DNA of 24,063 nucleotides from a virus (taxonomy: Duplodnaviria; Heunggongvirae; Uroviricota; Caudoviricetes): IMG/VR virus record IMGVR_UViG_2657245124_000006. One strand, given 5' to 3'. The first letter of the stretch is position 1; each line of letters starts with the position of its first letter. A program made the translations under genes and the position numbers. Shown in pieces: positions 1-8,915 of this stretch. The notes beneath the pieces were generated by a model, which was given only the letters and a program-made list of their open reading frames with translations, searched no databases and was not told where the DNA came from.

Positions 1-468
1 TTAATTTAATCGGCTACGATAAAAGTCTCTTGTTATGTTGCGATCGATGACTACTTCACAACGTGCTGAAGGTCTGTAACCCTCACGAGCCTTAATCCAT
101 GGTTCTTCTTTATGAGTCATATCTTCAAGTTGTGCGCCAGAAAAAGCACCGTAGACTTCAAGAACGCCATCAATATGAGCTGCGGTTGCGGCTGGAATGG
201 ATGAAAGATCAAACCCAGGAGTGCGATCTGCAATCGTTATGTCCGAATACAGTGATTTTGTAGAAGAGAACCGGTTATAAATCGCACGGCTTACTGGGCC
301 ATGAATCCAAGCTTGAAACTCCTCATCCACTAACTTTTTATCGAAAAAAGCTAGATACCAAGCATCTGCGTAATAAGCTAATTTTTGCAGCTTCAAATTA
401 GACATAGTTTCACCTGAAGCTAAGATTTTTGTGATGATGTAATCACATAATTGGTTAATATTTATCAT
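1..468 (-). CDS. Panacea-domain (DUF4065) protein, GepA/SocA-like putative antitoxin
   Basis: 155 aa, ATG at 466-468, AGAGGGA ribosome-binding site upstream. The segment 'LKLQKLAYYADAWYLAFFDKKLVDEEFQAWIHGPVSRAIYNRF' matches the DUF4065 signature as I recall it. Stop codon is at window positions 1-3. Confidence 0.7.
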   Translation of the reverse strand: MININQLCDYIITKILASGETMSNLKLQKLAYYADAWYLAFFDKKLVDEEFQAWIHGPVSRAIYNRFSSTKSLYSDITIADRTPGFDLSSIPAATAAHIDGVLEVYGAFSGAQLEDMTHKEEPWIKAREGYRPSARCEVVIDRNITRDFYRSRLN

Positions 469-633
469 TATTTATCCCTCTAGGCTTGGTGTCTAAGCAG
501 CCAATCTTATTAAAGATATCGACCGTTAGAAATCTTTGAATACCAAGTTAACTTATAGTGGCATACATAGCTGAATAAATCGAGATTCAAACGTGCTAAA
601 ATGTGATGAATATGGATGAGCAGTGCTTTCATT

Positions 634-1653
634 TTACGTAGTTACCATAGTTGCTAATGGATTAAAACGTAGCGCTGTTTCTAGGTGGTCAGGAGCCAGA
701 TGAGCATAGCGCATGGTCATTTTTATGTCGTGATGCCCAAGGATTTTCTGCAGAGCCAGGATGTTTCCGCCGGACATCATAAAGTGTGCTGCGAACGTAT
801 GACGCAGAACGTGTGTTAGCTGACCGCGTGGAAGCACAATAGAAGTCTTATCCATTACAGATAAAAACTGGAAGTAGCAGTCAGTGAAGAAATTGAAACC
901 GTCTAGGGCAATGATTTCCTCATACAGCTCTTTGCTAATCGGAATGCTTCGGTTCTTTTTGCCTTTGGTCCTGACGAATGTGATCCGGTATTTCGTAACC
1001 TGAGAACGGGTTAGGTTCACAGCTTCGCGCCAGCGTGCTCCGGTGCTCAGACAGATTTTAACGACAAGAGCGAGCAGGGGACTTTGGCGGTTGCAGTCGT
1101 ACAATAGCTCGGTAATTTGTTCATGCGTCAGCCAGGCCATCTCCTTTTCTGCGATGGTGAATTTTCGCATGTTCTCCAGTGGGTTCGGATACGACCATTC
1201 GCCCAGGCGGGATAGTTCGCTAAAAACACTACTTAGATAGCTTTGCTCCAGGTTAATGGTGACCGGGCTTGCTCCTTTCTTCCATTTCTCGCTGAAGTAG
1301 ATCTCGCCTGTCAGGCGTTTATCTCGATAGTGGGCAAACATTTTAGAGGTGAGATCAGTTGCAAGGGGATTGCCCAGAGCGTCAACCATCAGCAGCAATT
1401 TGTCATAGACATGCTGCCCAGCAGTCAGTGATTTACCATGTAGTTTGAACCATAGCTCAACCACGTCTTTTAGTGTTCGACGATCCACTGATTCACCTAG
1501 CCAGGGCTTTGCTTCGGTTTCTTCCATCGTGTGACGCTCAAAAGCCAGTGCTTCGCCTTTGGTGGCGAATTGTTTACGCACACGACGCCCACTACGTCCG
1601 GCGGGGTAACATTCGCAAAGCCATTTTCCTGTGGTGAGTTTTCGTACAGCCAT
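634..1653 (-). CDS. int: Tyrosine site-specific integrase, P2-type
   Basis: 339 aa from ATG at 1651-1653 ('MAVRKLTTGKWLCECYPAGRSGRRVRKQFATKGEALAFE'), GGAGGG ribosome-binding site 9 nt upstream. C-terminal 'LRHTFAAHF...GHHDIKMTMRYAHL' carries the R/H/R/Y catalytic residues. The ORF-track start at 1809 is probably an upstream over-extension. Confidence 0.9.
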   Translation of the reverse strand: MAVRKLTTGKWLCECYPAGRSGRRVRKQFATKGEALAFERHTMEETEAKPWLGESVDRRTLKDVVELWFKLHGKSLTAGQHVYDKLLLMVDALGNPLATDLTSKMFAHYRDKRLTGEIYFSEKWKKGASPVTINLEQSYLSSVFSELSRLGEWSYPNPLENMRKFTIAEKEMAWLTHEQITELLYDCNRQSPLLALVVKICLSTGARWREAVNLTRSQVTKYRITFVRTKGKKNRSIPISKELYEEIIALDGFNFFTDCYFQFLSVMDKTSIVLPRGQLTHVLRHTFAAHFMMSGGNILALQKILGHHDIKMTMRYAHLAPDHLETALRFNPLATMVTT

Positions 1654-1841
1654 AAAAAATGCCCTCCAATAGAGAGCATTTTTACTGTATGTATAACCAG
1701 TGTCAATATATGAAATCCTGCGACCATACATCTCACTGAAGCCATAATGAAGTAGGCTATTCTTTTTGCTATGTGAGCATGTAACTTTTGCGGTTAACCT
1801 GTGGCTCATTTTTATTTTAGGCGCAGATATAAAAGCAAAAG

Positions 1842-2033
1842 TTATCGTGAGTTTTTAGTACAGATTTTTTTGGATTTACTAATAGTTCCATCATTGCAAA
1901 CGAATTTGCCATCTGAGGTACAGTGAGAAACACCTCCCTTTTTCCCTGAGCAGGGATAATTTCTAGCATAGGTAGCTAGTGGGTTTAATAACAAAGAACA
2001 TGACAAAACCACAAAAAATACCTTACCAAGCAT
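1842..2033 (-). CDS. Small secreted cysteine-containing protein (63 aa), candidate lysogenic-conversion moron
   Basis: ATG at 2031-2033 with a strong GGGAGGAAATT ribosome-binding site. It starts 16 bp after the CI stop, same strand. N-terminal signal-peptide-like stretch '[23 protein letters not shown]', then a ~40-aa mature part with 4 Cys. AT-rich codons. Confidence 0.55.
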   Translation of the reverse strand: MLGKVFFVVLSCSLLLNPLATYARNYPCSGKKGGVSHCTSDGKFVCNDGTISKSKKICTKNSR

Positions 2034-2048
2034 AATTTCCTCCCGGTA

Positions 2049-2618
2049 CTATTTAACATACTTGACTGTTAAACTTATAATTTTACCAATTATTTCAATG
2101 TCTTCTATCTTGCATTCGAAGGCTCTGTTTCCACCCTCGACGAAGATTCTTCCACCGGGTAAACGAGTAATGTCACGGATCGTTATTTCGCCATCAATAC
2201 TTATTACCCATTTACCATCACGTATATCATCAAATTCCTTATCACAAATAAATTCAGAATTATTATCTGTGATTACAAAAAGATTCTTGAATGCCGACGG
2301 TAGAAATTCTCTATCGAAAATATAAAAACCGTCTTCACACAAGGCCCCATCAGATAATACATATTTAGCAACTTCCATAGTATTTGTATTACCTGAAGTT
2401 TGCTTTGAACCATGCCCGGTTGTGAGCCAATTAAGCGAGGTGCCTGTTTCAAGGGCGCACTGGATTACCCATTCTGCTGGAAATGAGTCACGCATGTAGC
2501 GTGTGGCGAGTGTACTTTTAGAGATTCCTAAATGATCGCACAACGCCTGTCGAGTCTTGAATCCATAAGCTTCTACCATGCGCTCTATAGCGCCTCGTCC
2601 GCCTTTCTCCAAATTCAT
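2049..2618 (-). CDS. cI: Immunity repressor, phage 186 CI-like (HTH plus C-terminal domain)
   Basis: 189 aa from ATG at 2616-2618 (track start at 2624 is GTG). GGAG ribosome-binding site upstream. HTH segment 'TRQALCDHLGISKSTLATRYMRD'. Sits between int and the divergent apl/cII genes; size matches 186 CI (192 aa). Confidence 0.8.
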   Translation of the reverse strand: MNLEKGGRGAIERMVEAYGFKTRQALCDHLGISKSTLATRYMRDSFPAEWVIQCALETGTSLNWLTTGHGSKQTSGNTNTMEVAKYVLSDGALCEDGFYIFDREFLPSAFKNLFVITDNNSEFICDKEFDDIRDGKWVISIDGEITIRDITRLPGGRIFVEGGNRAFECKIEDIEIIGKIISLTVKYVK

Positions 2619-2642
2619 GGTCACTCCAAGTGAACTTTTATC

Positions 2643-2671
2643 TTGACGATTTCACTGTGCGATCGTATGTT
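2643..2671 (+). promoter_or_regulatory. Putative rightward lytic promoter (pR-like): TTGACG - 17 bp - TATGTT
   Basis: Sigma70-like hexamers with 17-bp spacing in the cI-apl intergenic region. Adjacent short dyads (for example GATCGTATG / GATCCGTAT) may be CI operators. A leftward pL could not be placed. Confidence 0.4.
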
Positions 2672-2743
2672 TATGGTGTTCACAAAATACAAACGATCCG
2701 TATTCGTCCTGATTAATCATCATTAAACGAGGAATGTTGCATC

Positions 2744-2965
2744 ATGAGACCTAACATTTCAATCACTCTTACTACACCTCATGTGACTATTGAACGCTAT
2801 AGCGAGCTGACAGGGCTATCCATCGATACCATCAATGACATGTTGGCTGATGGACGCCTTATCCGTCACCGTCTGCGCAAAGATAAAAAACGCGAAAAAG
2901 TGATGATCAACATAGCAGCAATGACCGTTGATGCGCTTTCAGAATGCAATCTAAACCTTAATTAG
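2744..2965 (+). CDS. apl: Apl/Cox-like excisionase and switch regulator
   Basis: 73 aa, ATG at 2744, first gene of the rightward operon divergent from cI. Size and position match 186 Apl / P2 Cox. Sequence similarity not verified. Confidence 0.65.
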   Translation: MRPNISITLTTPHVTIERYSELTGLSIDTINDMLADGRLIRHRLRKDKKREKVMINIAAMTVDALSECNLNLN

Positions 2966-2997
2966 TTCGATTCTGAAATACATCAGAGGCATTGACC

Positions 2998-3507
2998 ATG
3001 TTTGATTACCAAGTTTCCAAACATCCACATTTTGATGAATCCTGTCGTGCATTCGCATTGCGCCACAACCTGGTGCAACTGGCAGAACGTGCTGGCATGA
3101 ATGTGCAGATTCTGCGGAACAAGTTGAACCCAGCTCAACCTCATTTATTAACCGCACCAGAAATCTGGCTGCTTACCGATCTGACTGAAGATTCAACGCT
3201 GGTAGATGGTTTTCTGGCTCAGATTCACTGCCTGCCATGCGTACCGATTAATGAGGTGGCAAAAGAGAAACTGCCACATTACGTCATGAGTGCAACCGCA
3301 GAGATCGGGCGTGTTGCTGCAGGTGCGGTATCTGGCGATGTAAAAACCAGTGCAGGTCGTCGTGATGCTATCAGCAGCATTAACTCTGTAACACGACTGA
3401 TGGCGTTGGCTGCTGTTTCATTGCAGGCCCGTTTACAGGCTAACCCTGCGATGGCGAGTGCAGTTGATACCGTGACTGGCCTCGGTGCTTCATTTGGTTT
3501 GCTGTGA
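2998..3507 (+). CDS. cII: CII-type lysogeny-establishment activator (phage 186 CII family)
   Basis: 169 aa from ATG at 2998 ('[24 protein letters not shown]...'). Track start at 2992 is TTG. Length equals 186 CII and the N-terminus matches my recollection of it. Confidence 0.8.
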   Translation: MFDYQVSKHPHFDESCRAFALRHNLVQLAERAGMNVQILRNKLNPAQPHLLTAPEIWLLTDLTEDSTLVDGFLAQIHCLPCVPINEVAKEKLPHYVMSATAEIGRVAAGAVSGDVKTSAGRRDAISSINSVTRLMALAAVSLQARLQANPAMASAVDTVTGLGASFGLL

Positions 3508-3514
3508 GGTGCTT

Positions 3515-3811
3515 ATGCTGACGAAAGAACCATCATTTGCATCGCTGCTGGTAAAACAAAGCCCGGCAATGCACTACGGTCACGGCTGGATCACGGGTGA
3601 GGATGGAAAACGCTGGCATCCATGTCATTCACAAGATGAATTGCTGTCTGAATTGACCACGAGGAAACGGAGAAAGTCCAAATGTATGCGGCAGAAAGTG
3701 AAGTGGTTTATCAGTTTCGTTACAGAGGGGAGAGTTATTCAGTACCTGAAGATGATTTGCTCTGTTGCTATCCGTCATTGTCGGGCGATGGCAGTTACTT
3801 TTTCACGTTAA
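3515..3811 (+). CDS. Hypothetical early protein (98 aa); C-terminal half doubtful
   Basis: ATG at 3515 with GAGGTG ribosome-binding site just after cII. The last ~45 residues overlap the next ORF in another frame and look less protein-like. Confidence 0.35.
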   Translation: MLTKEPSFASLLVKQSPAMHYGHGWITGEDGKRWHPCHSQDELLSELTTRKRRKSKCMRQKVKWFISFVTEGRVIQYLKMICSVAIRHCRAMAVTFSR

Positions 3812-3906
3812 AGGATGGGACGTTTTTACGGGGAGAGCAGGTTAAAGAGACGATACGAAAAAATGTATCTCCTCTTGAGCGTTACCGTAAGAACAAAGAA
3901 CGATAG
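3682..3906 (+). CDS. Hypothetical early protein (74 aa)
   Basis: ATG at 3682 with GGAG upstream; charged, protein-like composition. Overlaps the 3515..3811 ORF by 130 nt. Confidence 0.45.
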   Translation: MYAAESEVVYQFRYRGESYSVPEDDLLCCYPSLSGDGSYFFTLKDGTFLRGEQVKETIRKNVSPLERYRKNKER

Positions 3907-3928
3907 CTGCGTTTGGGGGATATGAAGT

Positions 3929-4270
3929 ATGGCAATTAATGGCGCTGCAGCGACTGTTCCATTAAGCCCCGGTGAACGCCTGAATGGACTTAATCACATT
4001 GCGGAGTTAAGGGCGAAAGTGTTTGGCCTGAATATTGAGTCAGAGCTTGAGCGGTTTATTAAAGATATGCGTGATCCACGGGATATCAATAATGAACAAA
4101 ATAAACGGGCACTGGCTGCCATATTCTTTATGGCAAAAATTCCAGCTGAACGTCATAGCATCAGCATTAATGAGCTGACCACTGACGAAAAGCGGGAGTT
4201 GATTAAAGCAATGAATCATTTTCGTGCAGTGGTGAGCTTATTTCCCAGACGGCTAACCATGCCGAATTAA
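3929..4270 (+). CDS. Hypothetical phage early protein (113 aa)
   Basis: ATG at 3929, GGGGGA ribosome-binding site, clean ORF in the early operon. Confidence 0.6.
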   Translation: MAINGAAATVPLSPGERLNGLNHIAELRAKVFGLNIESELERFIKDMRDPRDINNEQNKRALAAIFFMAKIPAERHSISINELTTDEKRELIKAMNHFRAVVSLFPRRLTMPN

Positions 4271-4337
4271 CCAACTAATGAAATTAATGGCGTAAACCCG
4301 CCGGGCATCCCTTTATCTAAATTCAGGAGAATTGATT

Positions 4338-4571
4338 ATGCGTAATATTGAAACCCTCACGACTAAAACCGGACCGGATGACGCAGGGCTTAATATTTTA
4401 CTGACAGAGGCTCGTCTGGAAGAACGCCGGGCAAGGGCTGAAGCAATGGCTGCCCGCCTTGATAGTCTTGCGTGTCATATCACATCCCGCCAGCTAAACC
4501 ACGTCGAAGCGGCAGAACTGCTGCGTGTGACCGCTGAAGCAATCCAGAACGAAGCGCAGGAGATCCACTAA
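4338..4571 (+). CDS. Hypothetical phage early protein (77 aa)
   Basis: ATG at 4338 ('MRNIETLTTK...') with AGGAGA ribosome-binding site. Track start at 4332 is TTG. Confidence 0.55.
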   Translation: MRNIETLTTKTGPDDAGLNILLTEARLEERRARAEAMAARLDSLACHITSRQLNHVEAAELLRVTAEAIQNEAQEIH

Positions 4572-4798
4572 TGGCTGATGCAATGGATCTCGTACAGCAG
4601 CGCGTTGAAGAAGAACGCCAGCGCCATATCCGTGCTGCCCGTGCCAAAACACCGGGCGTGTCTCGCGTGCTTTGTATTGAATGTGAAGCGCCAATTCCGC
4701 CAGCACGCCGCCGCGCCATTCCTGGAGTGCAGCTTTGCATTACCTGCCAGGAAATCGCAGAGCTGAAAGGCAAACATTACAACGGAGGTGCTGTATGA
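4571..4798 (+). CDS. TraR/DksA-family C4 zinc-finger protein
   Basis: 75 aa; 'CIECEAPIPPARRRAIPGVQLCITC' gives C-x2-C-x17-C-x2-C, the TraR/DksA spacing. ATG at 4571. Confidence 0.8.
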   Translation: MADAMDLVQQRVEEERQRHIRAARAKTPGVSRVLCIECEAPIPPARRRAIPGVQLCITCQEIAELKGKHYNGGAV

Positions 4799-5652
4799 GC
4801 ACCATCCTGAAATGGGCGGGTAATAAAACCGCCATTATGTCCGAACTGAAAAAATACCTTCCTGCTGGCCCGCGACTGGTTGAACCTTTCGCGGGTTCTT
4901 GTGCTGTGATGATGGCGACGGATTACCCCAGCTATCTGGTTGCGGATATTAATCCTGATTTAATCAACCTCTATAAAAAGATTGCCGCTGATTGCGAAGC
5001 GTTTATATCTCGTGCCAGAGTTTTATTTGAGGAAGCAAACAGTGAGCTGGCTTATTACAACATAAGACAGGAGTTTAATTACTCAACTGAAATTACTGAT
5101 TTCATGAAGGCGATATATTTCCTGTATCTCAATCGTCACGGTTACCGTGGTTTATGTCGCTATAACAAGAGCGGGCATTTCAACATTCCCTACGGTAATT
5201 ATAAAAATCCGTATTTCCCTGAAAAAGAAATTCGCGCATTTGCAGAGAAAGCCCCGCGGGCAACGTTTATCTGCGCCAGCTTTGATGAAACGCTGGCGAT
5301 GTTGAAGGCGGGGGATGTGGTGTATTGCGATCCGCCGTATGACGGTACGTTTTCCGGCTATCACACTGATGGTTTCACTGAAGATGACCAGTATCACCTG
5401 GCATCCGTTCTTGAACATCGGTCATCAGAAGGTCATCCGGTCATTGTTTCTAACAGTGACACATCCCTGATTCGTTCGCTGTATCGCAATTTCACTCACC
5501 ACTACATCAAGGCAAAACGCAGCATCGGCGTGTCGGCTGGCGAGAGTAAATCTGCAACAGAAATCATTGCTGTTTCCGGGGCGCGCTGCTGGGTGGGATT
5601 TGATCCTTCGCGTGGCGTGGATAGTTCTGCTGTGTACGAGGTGCGTGTATGA
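4795..5652 (+). CDS. dam: DNA adenine N6-methyltransferase, Dam (D12) family
   Basis: 285 aa from ATG at 4795 (GGAGG ribosome-binding site). Motif I-like '[10 protein letters not shown]' and catalytic 'DPPY' ('YCDPPYDGT'). Start overlaps the upstream stop (ATGA); stop overlaps the repA start. Confidence 0.88.
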   Translation: MSTILKWAGNKTAIMSELKKYLPAGPRLVEPFAGSCAVMMATDYPSYLVADINPDLINLYKKIAADCEAFISRARVLFEEANSELAYYNIRQEFNYSTEITDFMKAIYFLYLNRHGYRGLCRYNKSGHFNIPYGNYKNPYFPEKEIRAFAEKAPRATFICASFDETLAMLKAGDVVYCDPPYDGTFSGYHTDGFTEDDQYHLASVLEHRSSEGHPVIVSNSDTSLIRSLYRNFTHHYIKAKRSIGVSAGESKSATEIIAVSGARCWVGFDPSRGVDSSAVYEVRV

Positions 5653-8063
5653 GTCATGCCGATATGAGCGACTCTAGCGGCTTTAACGAGGCCGCTGCAG
5701 CATTTTCATGGAACGGCCCGAAAAAGGCCATAAACCCTTATCTGGACCCGGCGGAAGTTGCGCCGGTTTCTGCGCTTTCAAACCTGATCACTCTGTATGC
5801 TGCCGATAACGAGCAGGAACAGCTGCGCCGCGAGGAATTGAGTGAACAGGTCTGGGAGCGTTATTTCTTTAATGAATCCCGTGATCCTGTCCAGCGCGAA
5901 ATGGAGCAGGATAAGCTCATTAGTCGGGCAAAGCTGGCGCATGAGCAGCAGCGTTTTAACCCGGACATGGTCATTCTGGCGGACGTCAGCGCCCAGCCCA
6001 CCCACATCAGCAAGCCGCTGATGCAACGTATCGAATACTTCAGCAGCCTGGGCAGGCCAAAGGCTTATTCCCGCTATTTGCGTGAGACGATTAAGCCATG
6101 TCTGGAGCGACTGGATTGTGTACGCGACAGTCAGCTATCTACTTCTTTCCGTTTTATGGCAAGCCATCAAGGGCTGGAGGGCCTGCTGATCCTGCCTGAA
6201 ATGAGTCAGGATCAGGTGAAACGCCTGTCCACCCTGGTAGCTGCGCATATGAGCATGTGTCTTGAGGCCGCTTGTGGTGATTTGTATACCAACGATGACG
6301 TAAAGCCAGAAGAAATCCGCAAGACATGGGAAAAGGTGGCAGCGGAAACCCTGCGTCTGGATGTTATCCCGCCTGCGTTTGAGAAACTTCGTCGGAAAAG
6401 AAACCGCCGCAAACCTGTGCCCTATGAACTCATACCGGGTTCGCTGGCACGTATGCTTTGCGCCGACTGGTGGTATCGAAAATTGTGGAAGATGCGTTGC
6501 GAATGGCGGGAAGAGCAGTTGCGTGCTGTCTGTCTGGTCAGCAAAAAAGCATCTCCCTATGTCAGCTATGAAGCCGTGATGCATAAACGTGAGCAGCGCC
6601 GCAAGTCGCTGGAGTTTTTCCGTTCTCATGAACTGGTGAACGAAGACGGAGACACGCTGGATATGGAAGATGTGGTAAACGCCAGCAGCAGCAACCCGGC
6701 ACATCGCCGCAATGAGATGATGGCCTGCGTTAAAGGTCTGGAGCTTATCGCGGAAATGCGCGGTGACTGCGCCGTTTTCTACACCATCACATGTCCGTCA
6801 CGTTTCCATTCCACGCTCAATAACGGCAGGCCCAACCCGACCTGGACAAATGCGACGGTAAGACAAAGCAGCGATTATCTGGTCGGCATGTTTGCTGCAT
6901 TTCGTAAGGCGATGCACAAAACCGGGTTGCGCTGGTATGGCGTACGGGTGGCTGAGCCGCACCATGACGGTACTGTGCACTGGCATCTCATGTGTTTCAT
7001 GCGCAAAAAAGACCGCCGCGCCATTACTGCATTGTTGCGTAAGTTTGCCATCCGTGAAGACCGCGAGGAGCTGGGCAATAACACGGGCCCACGCTTTAAG
7101 TCTGAGCTGATAAACCCACGCAAAGGAACGCCGACAAGCTACATCGCAAAATACATCAGTAAGAACATTGACGGGCGTGGTCTGGCTGGCGAGATCAGCA
7201 AGGAAACGGGTAAATCCCTGCGTGATAACGCCGAATACGTTAATGCCTGGGCGTCTCTGCATCGTGTTCAGCAGTTCCGCTTCTTTGGTATTCCGGGGCG
7301 CCAGGCTTACCGTGAACTGCGATTGCTGGCTGGTCAGGCGGCAAGACAACAGGGTGACAAAAAAGCAGGTGCGCCGGTACTGGATGATCCGCGTCTTGAT
7401 GCCATCCTGGCTGCTGCTGATGCTGGTTGTTTTGCCACCTACATCATGAAGCAGGGCGGCGTACTGGTTCCCCGCAAATATCACCTTATCAGAACAGCTT
7501 ATGAAATTAACGAAGAGCCGACTGCCTATGGCGATCACGGTATTCGTATTTATGGCATCTGGTCACCCATTTCAGAGGGCAAGATCTGCACTCATGCAGT
7601 GAAGTGGAAAATGGTTCGTAAGGCCGTTGACGTTCAGGAGGCGGTAGCCGACCAGGGCGCTTGCGCCCCTTGGACTCGTGGCAATAACTGTCCCCTTGCT
7701 GAAAATTTGTACCAACAAGGGAAAGACAAATCAGCTGATGGGGGCTCCAGAACGGACATTACCCGCATGGATGACAAGGAATTGCACGATTACCTGCACA
7801 GTATGAGCAAAAAAGATCGCCGGGAGCTGGCAGCAAGGTTGCGCTTGGTGAAACCGAAACGGCGTAAAGACTACAAACAGCGAATTACAGATCATCAGCA
7901 TCAGCAGCTCGTCTATGAACTGAAGTCCAGAGGATTTGATGGCAGCGAGAAAGAAGTCGATTTGCTCCTTCGCGGTGGCAGTATTCCGTCAGGAGCAGGC
8001 TTGCGTATCTTCTATCGGAACCAGCGTTTGCGGGAAGATGATAAGTGGCGGAACCTGTATTAA
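5649..8063 (+). CDS. A: Replication initiation protein, P2 gpA-like rolling-circle HUH endonuclease
   Basis: 804 aa. HUH-like 'VHWHLMCF' and two-tyrosine motif '[12 protein letters not shown]'. Position matches P2 gene A. Confidence 0.85.
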   Translation: MSHADMSDSSGFNEAAAAFSWNGPKKAINPYLDPAEVAPVSALSNLITLYAADNEQEQLRREELSEQVWERYFFNESRDPVQREMEQDKLISRAKLAHEQQRFNPDMVILADVSAQPTHISKPLMQRIEYFSSLGRPKAYSRYLRETIKPCLERLDCVRDSQLSTSFRFMASHQGLEGLLILPEMSQDQVKRLSTLVAAHMSMCLEAACGDLYTNDDVKPEEIRKTWEKVAAETLRLDVIPPAFEKLRRKRNRRKPVPYELIPGSLARMLCADWWYRKLWKMRCEWREEQLRAVCLVSKKASPYVSYEAVMHKREQRRKSLEFFRSHELVNEDGDTLDMEDVVNASSSNPAHRRNEMMACVKGLELIAEMRGDCAVFYTITCPSRFHSTLNNGRPNPTWTNATVRQSSDYLVGMFAAFRKAMHKTGLRWYGVRVAEPHHDGTVHWHLMCFMRKKDRRAITALLRKFAIREDREELGNNTGPRFKSELINPRKGTPTSYIAKYISKNIDGRGLAGEISKETGKSLRDNAEYVNAWASLHRVQQFRFFGIPGRQAYRELRLLAGQAARQQGDKKAGAPVLDDPRLDAILAAADAGCFATYIMKQGGVLVPRKYHLIRTAYEINEEPTAYGDHGIRIYGIWSPISEGKICTHAVKWKMVRKAVDVQEAVADQGACAPWTRGNNCPLAENLYQQGKDKSADGGSRTDITRMDDKELHDYLHSMSKKDRRELAARLRLVKPKRRKDYKQRITDHQHQQLVYELKSRGFDGSEKEVDLLLRGGSIPSGAGLRIFYRNQRLREDDKWRNLY

Positions 8064-8155
8064 TTACGCGGGTTAACAATTCGTGCTCTTAATAATACCA
8101 GGCATATCAGGCTGATGAACGTAAAAAAACGTTTTACATCAGTAAGATTATTATA

Positions 8156-8175
8156 TACTGTAAATATAAACAGTG
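8156..8175 (+). promoter_or_regulatory. LexA box (SOS operator)
   Basis: TACTGTAAATATAAACAGTG: CTG-N10-CAG with AT-rich centre, 17/20 match to TACTGTATATATATACAGTA. A TTTACA -35-like hexamer lies just upstream. It is 42 bp before the 8217 start. Confidence 0.65.
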
Positions 8176-8216
8176 GTTATGTATACAGCATTTCTTGTGG
8201 TGTCATAGGAGGAAAG

Positions 8217-8405
8217 ATGCAGGACTATTTTTTGGAGTCTTTGAAGCTCCAGCGCATTGATTTTTTTCTTAAGCTTGTAGCGGCTAGTGAGTGTAGTGAT
8301 GAAGAGAAGGGGCTGGCTTTGCAGTGGGTTTCTGAACTAACAGATGAACTCATGGCAAAAATCAGAACCCACGAATACAACCGCTCAATGGATGTCATCA
8401 GTTGA
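8217..8405 (+). CDS. Small hypothetical protein (62 aa), first gene of the SOS module
   Basis: ATG at 8217 with GGAGGAAAG ribosome-binding site. The track ORF from 8115 would read through the promoter and LexA box. Confidence 0.5.
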   Translation: MQDYFLESLKLQRIDFFLKLVAASECSDEEKGLALQWVSELTDELMAKIRTHEYNRSMDVIS

Positions 8406-8415
8406 GGTGACTTTT

Positions 8416-8649
8416 ATGCGCATTGAAATAATGATCGATAAAGAGCAGAAGATTAGCCAGTCTATCCTGGACGCCCTTGAATCCGAGCTTTACCGCAATC
8501 TGCGCCCCCTGTATCCCAAAACGGTAATTCGTATCCGCAAAGGTAGCTCTAACGGTGTGGAACTGACCGGACTGCAACTGGACGAAGAAAGAAAACAAGT
8601 GATGAAAATTATGCAGAAGGTGTGGGAAGACGACAGCTGGCTGCATTAA
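8416..8649 (+). CDS. dinI: DinI-family protein
   Basis: 77 aa from ATG at 8416 (GAGGTGA ribosome-binding site). 'MRIEIMIDKEQ...LDALESEL...ERKQVMKIMQKVWEDDSWLH' aligns with E. coli DinI as recalled ('MRIEVTIAK...IDALAGEL...DKQRISEILQETWESADDW'). Confidence 0.85.
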   Translation: MRIEIMIDKEQKISQSILDALESELYRNLRPLYPKTVIRIRKGSSNGVELTGLQLDEERKQVMKIMQKVWEDDSWLH

Positions 8650-8651
8650 GA

Positions 8652-8694
8652 AACGTTGCTGGCGTCTGAACTTGCTTCTGACGTCAGCAACGTT
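8652..8694. terminator. Strong hairpin after dinI; possible bidirectional terminator
   Basis: Arms AACGTTGCTGGCGTC and GACGTCAGCAACGTT form a 15-bp stem with one G.U pair and a 13-nt loop. No clean U-tract on the + strand; a short TCTT follows on the - strand. Confidence 0.4.
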
Positions 8695-8915
8695 GAACAA
8701 CTAGTTTAGTGGGGCATTAGTCATGGGGTAAAATACAGTAACCATTATTTTCACTTCCGCTCAGATTTAACCGAACGTTAGTTTTGCTACGTATGATGGG
8801 CTGCAAATTACCTTTTGGGATTTGTGATAGATACGAAAATCCTATTAGATGCTTGTTAGACCGGAAGCGCCACTTCGAACGAAAAGTAATGGCCACTTAT
8901 GCCGGTTTAAAAGCC

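Noticed and set aside
469-633. tRNA gene or attL core between the Panacea gene and int
   Set aside because: The region is AT-rich with no cloverleaf-compatible sequence or T-loop motif. The att site cannot be placed without the other prophage end.
4571-4798. The zinc-finger protein as the Ogr/B late-gene activator
   Set aside because: Cysteine spacing is C-x2-C-x17-C-x2-C (TraR/DksA type), not the C-x2-C-x22-C-x4-C of Ogr/Delta/B.
6135-7538. Minus-strand ORFs of 189 and 246 aa inside the replication gene
   Set aside because: Fully embedded antisense to the gpA-like gene, with no start signals and low-complexity composition.
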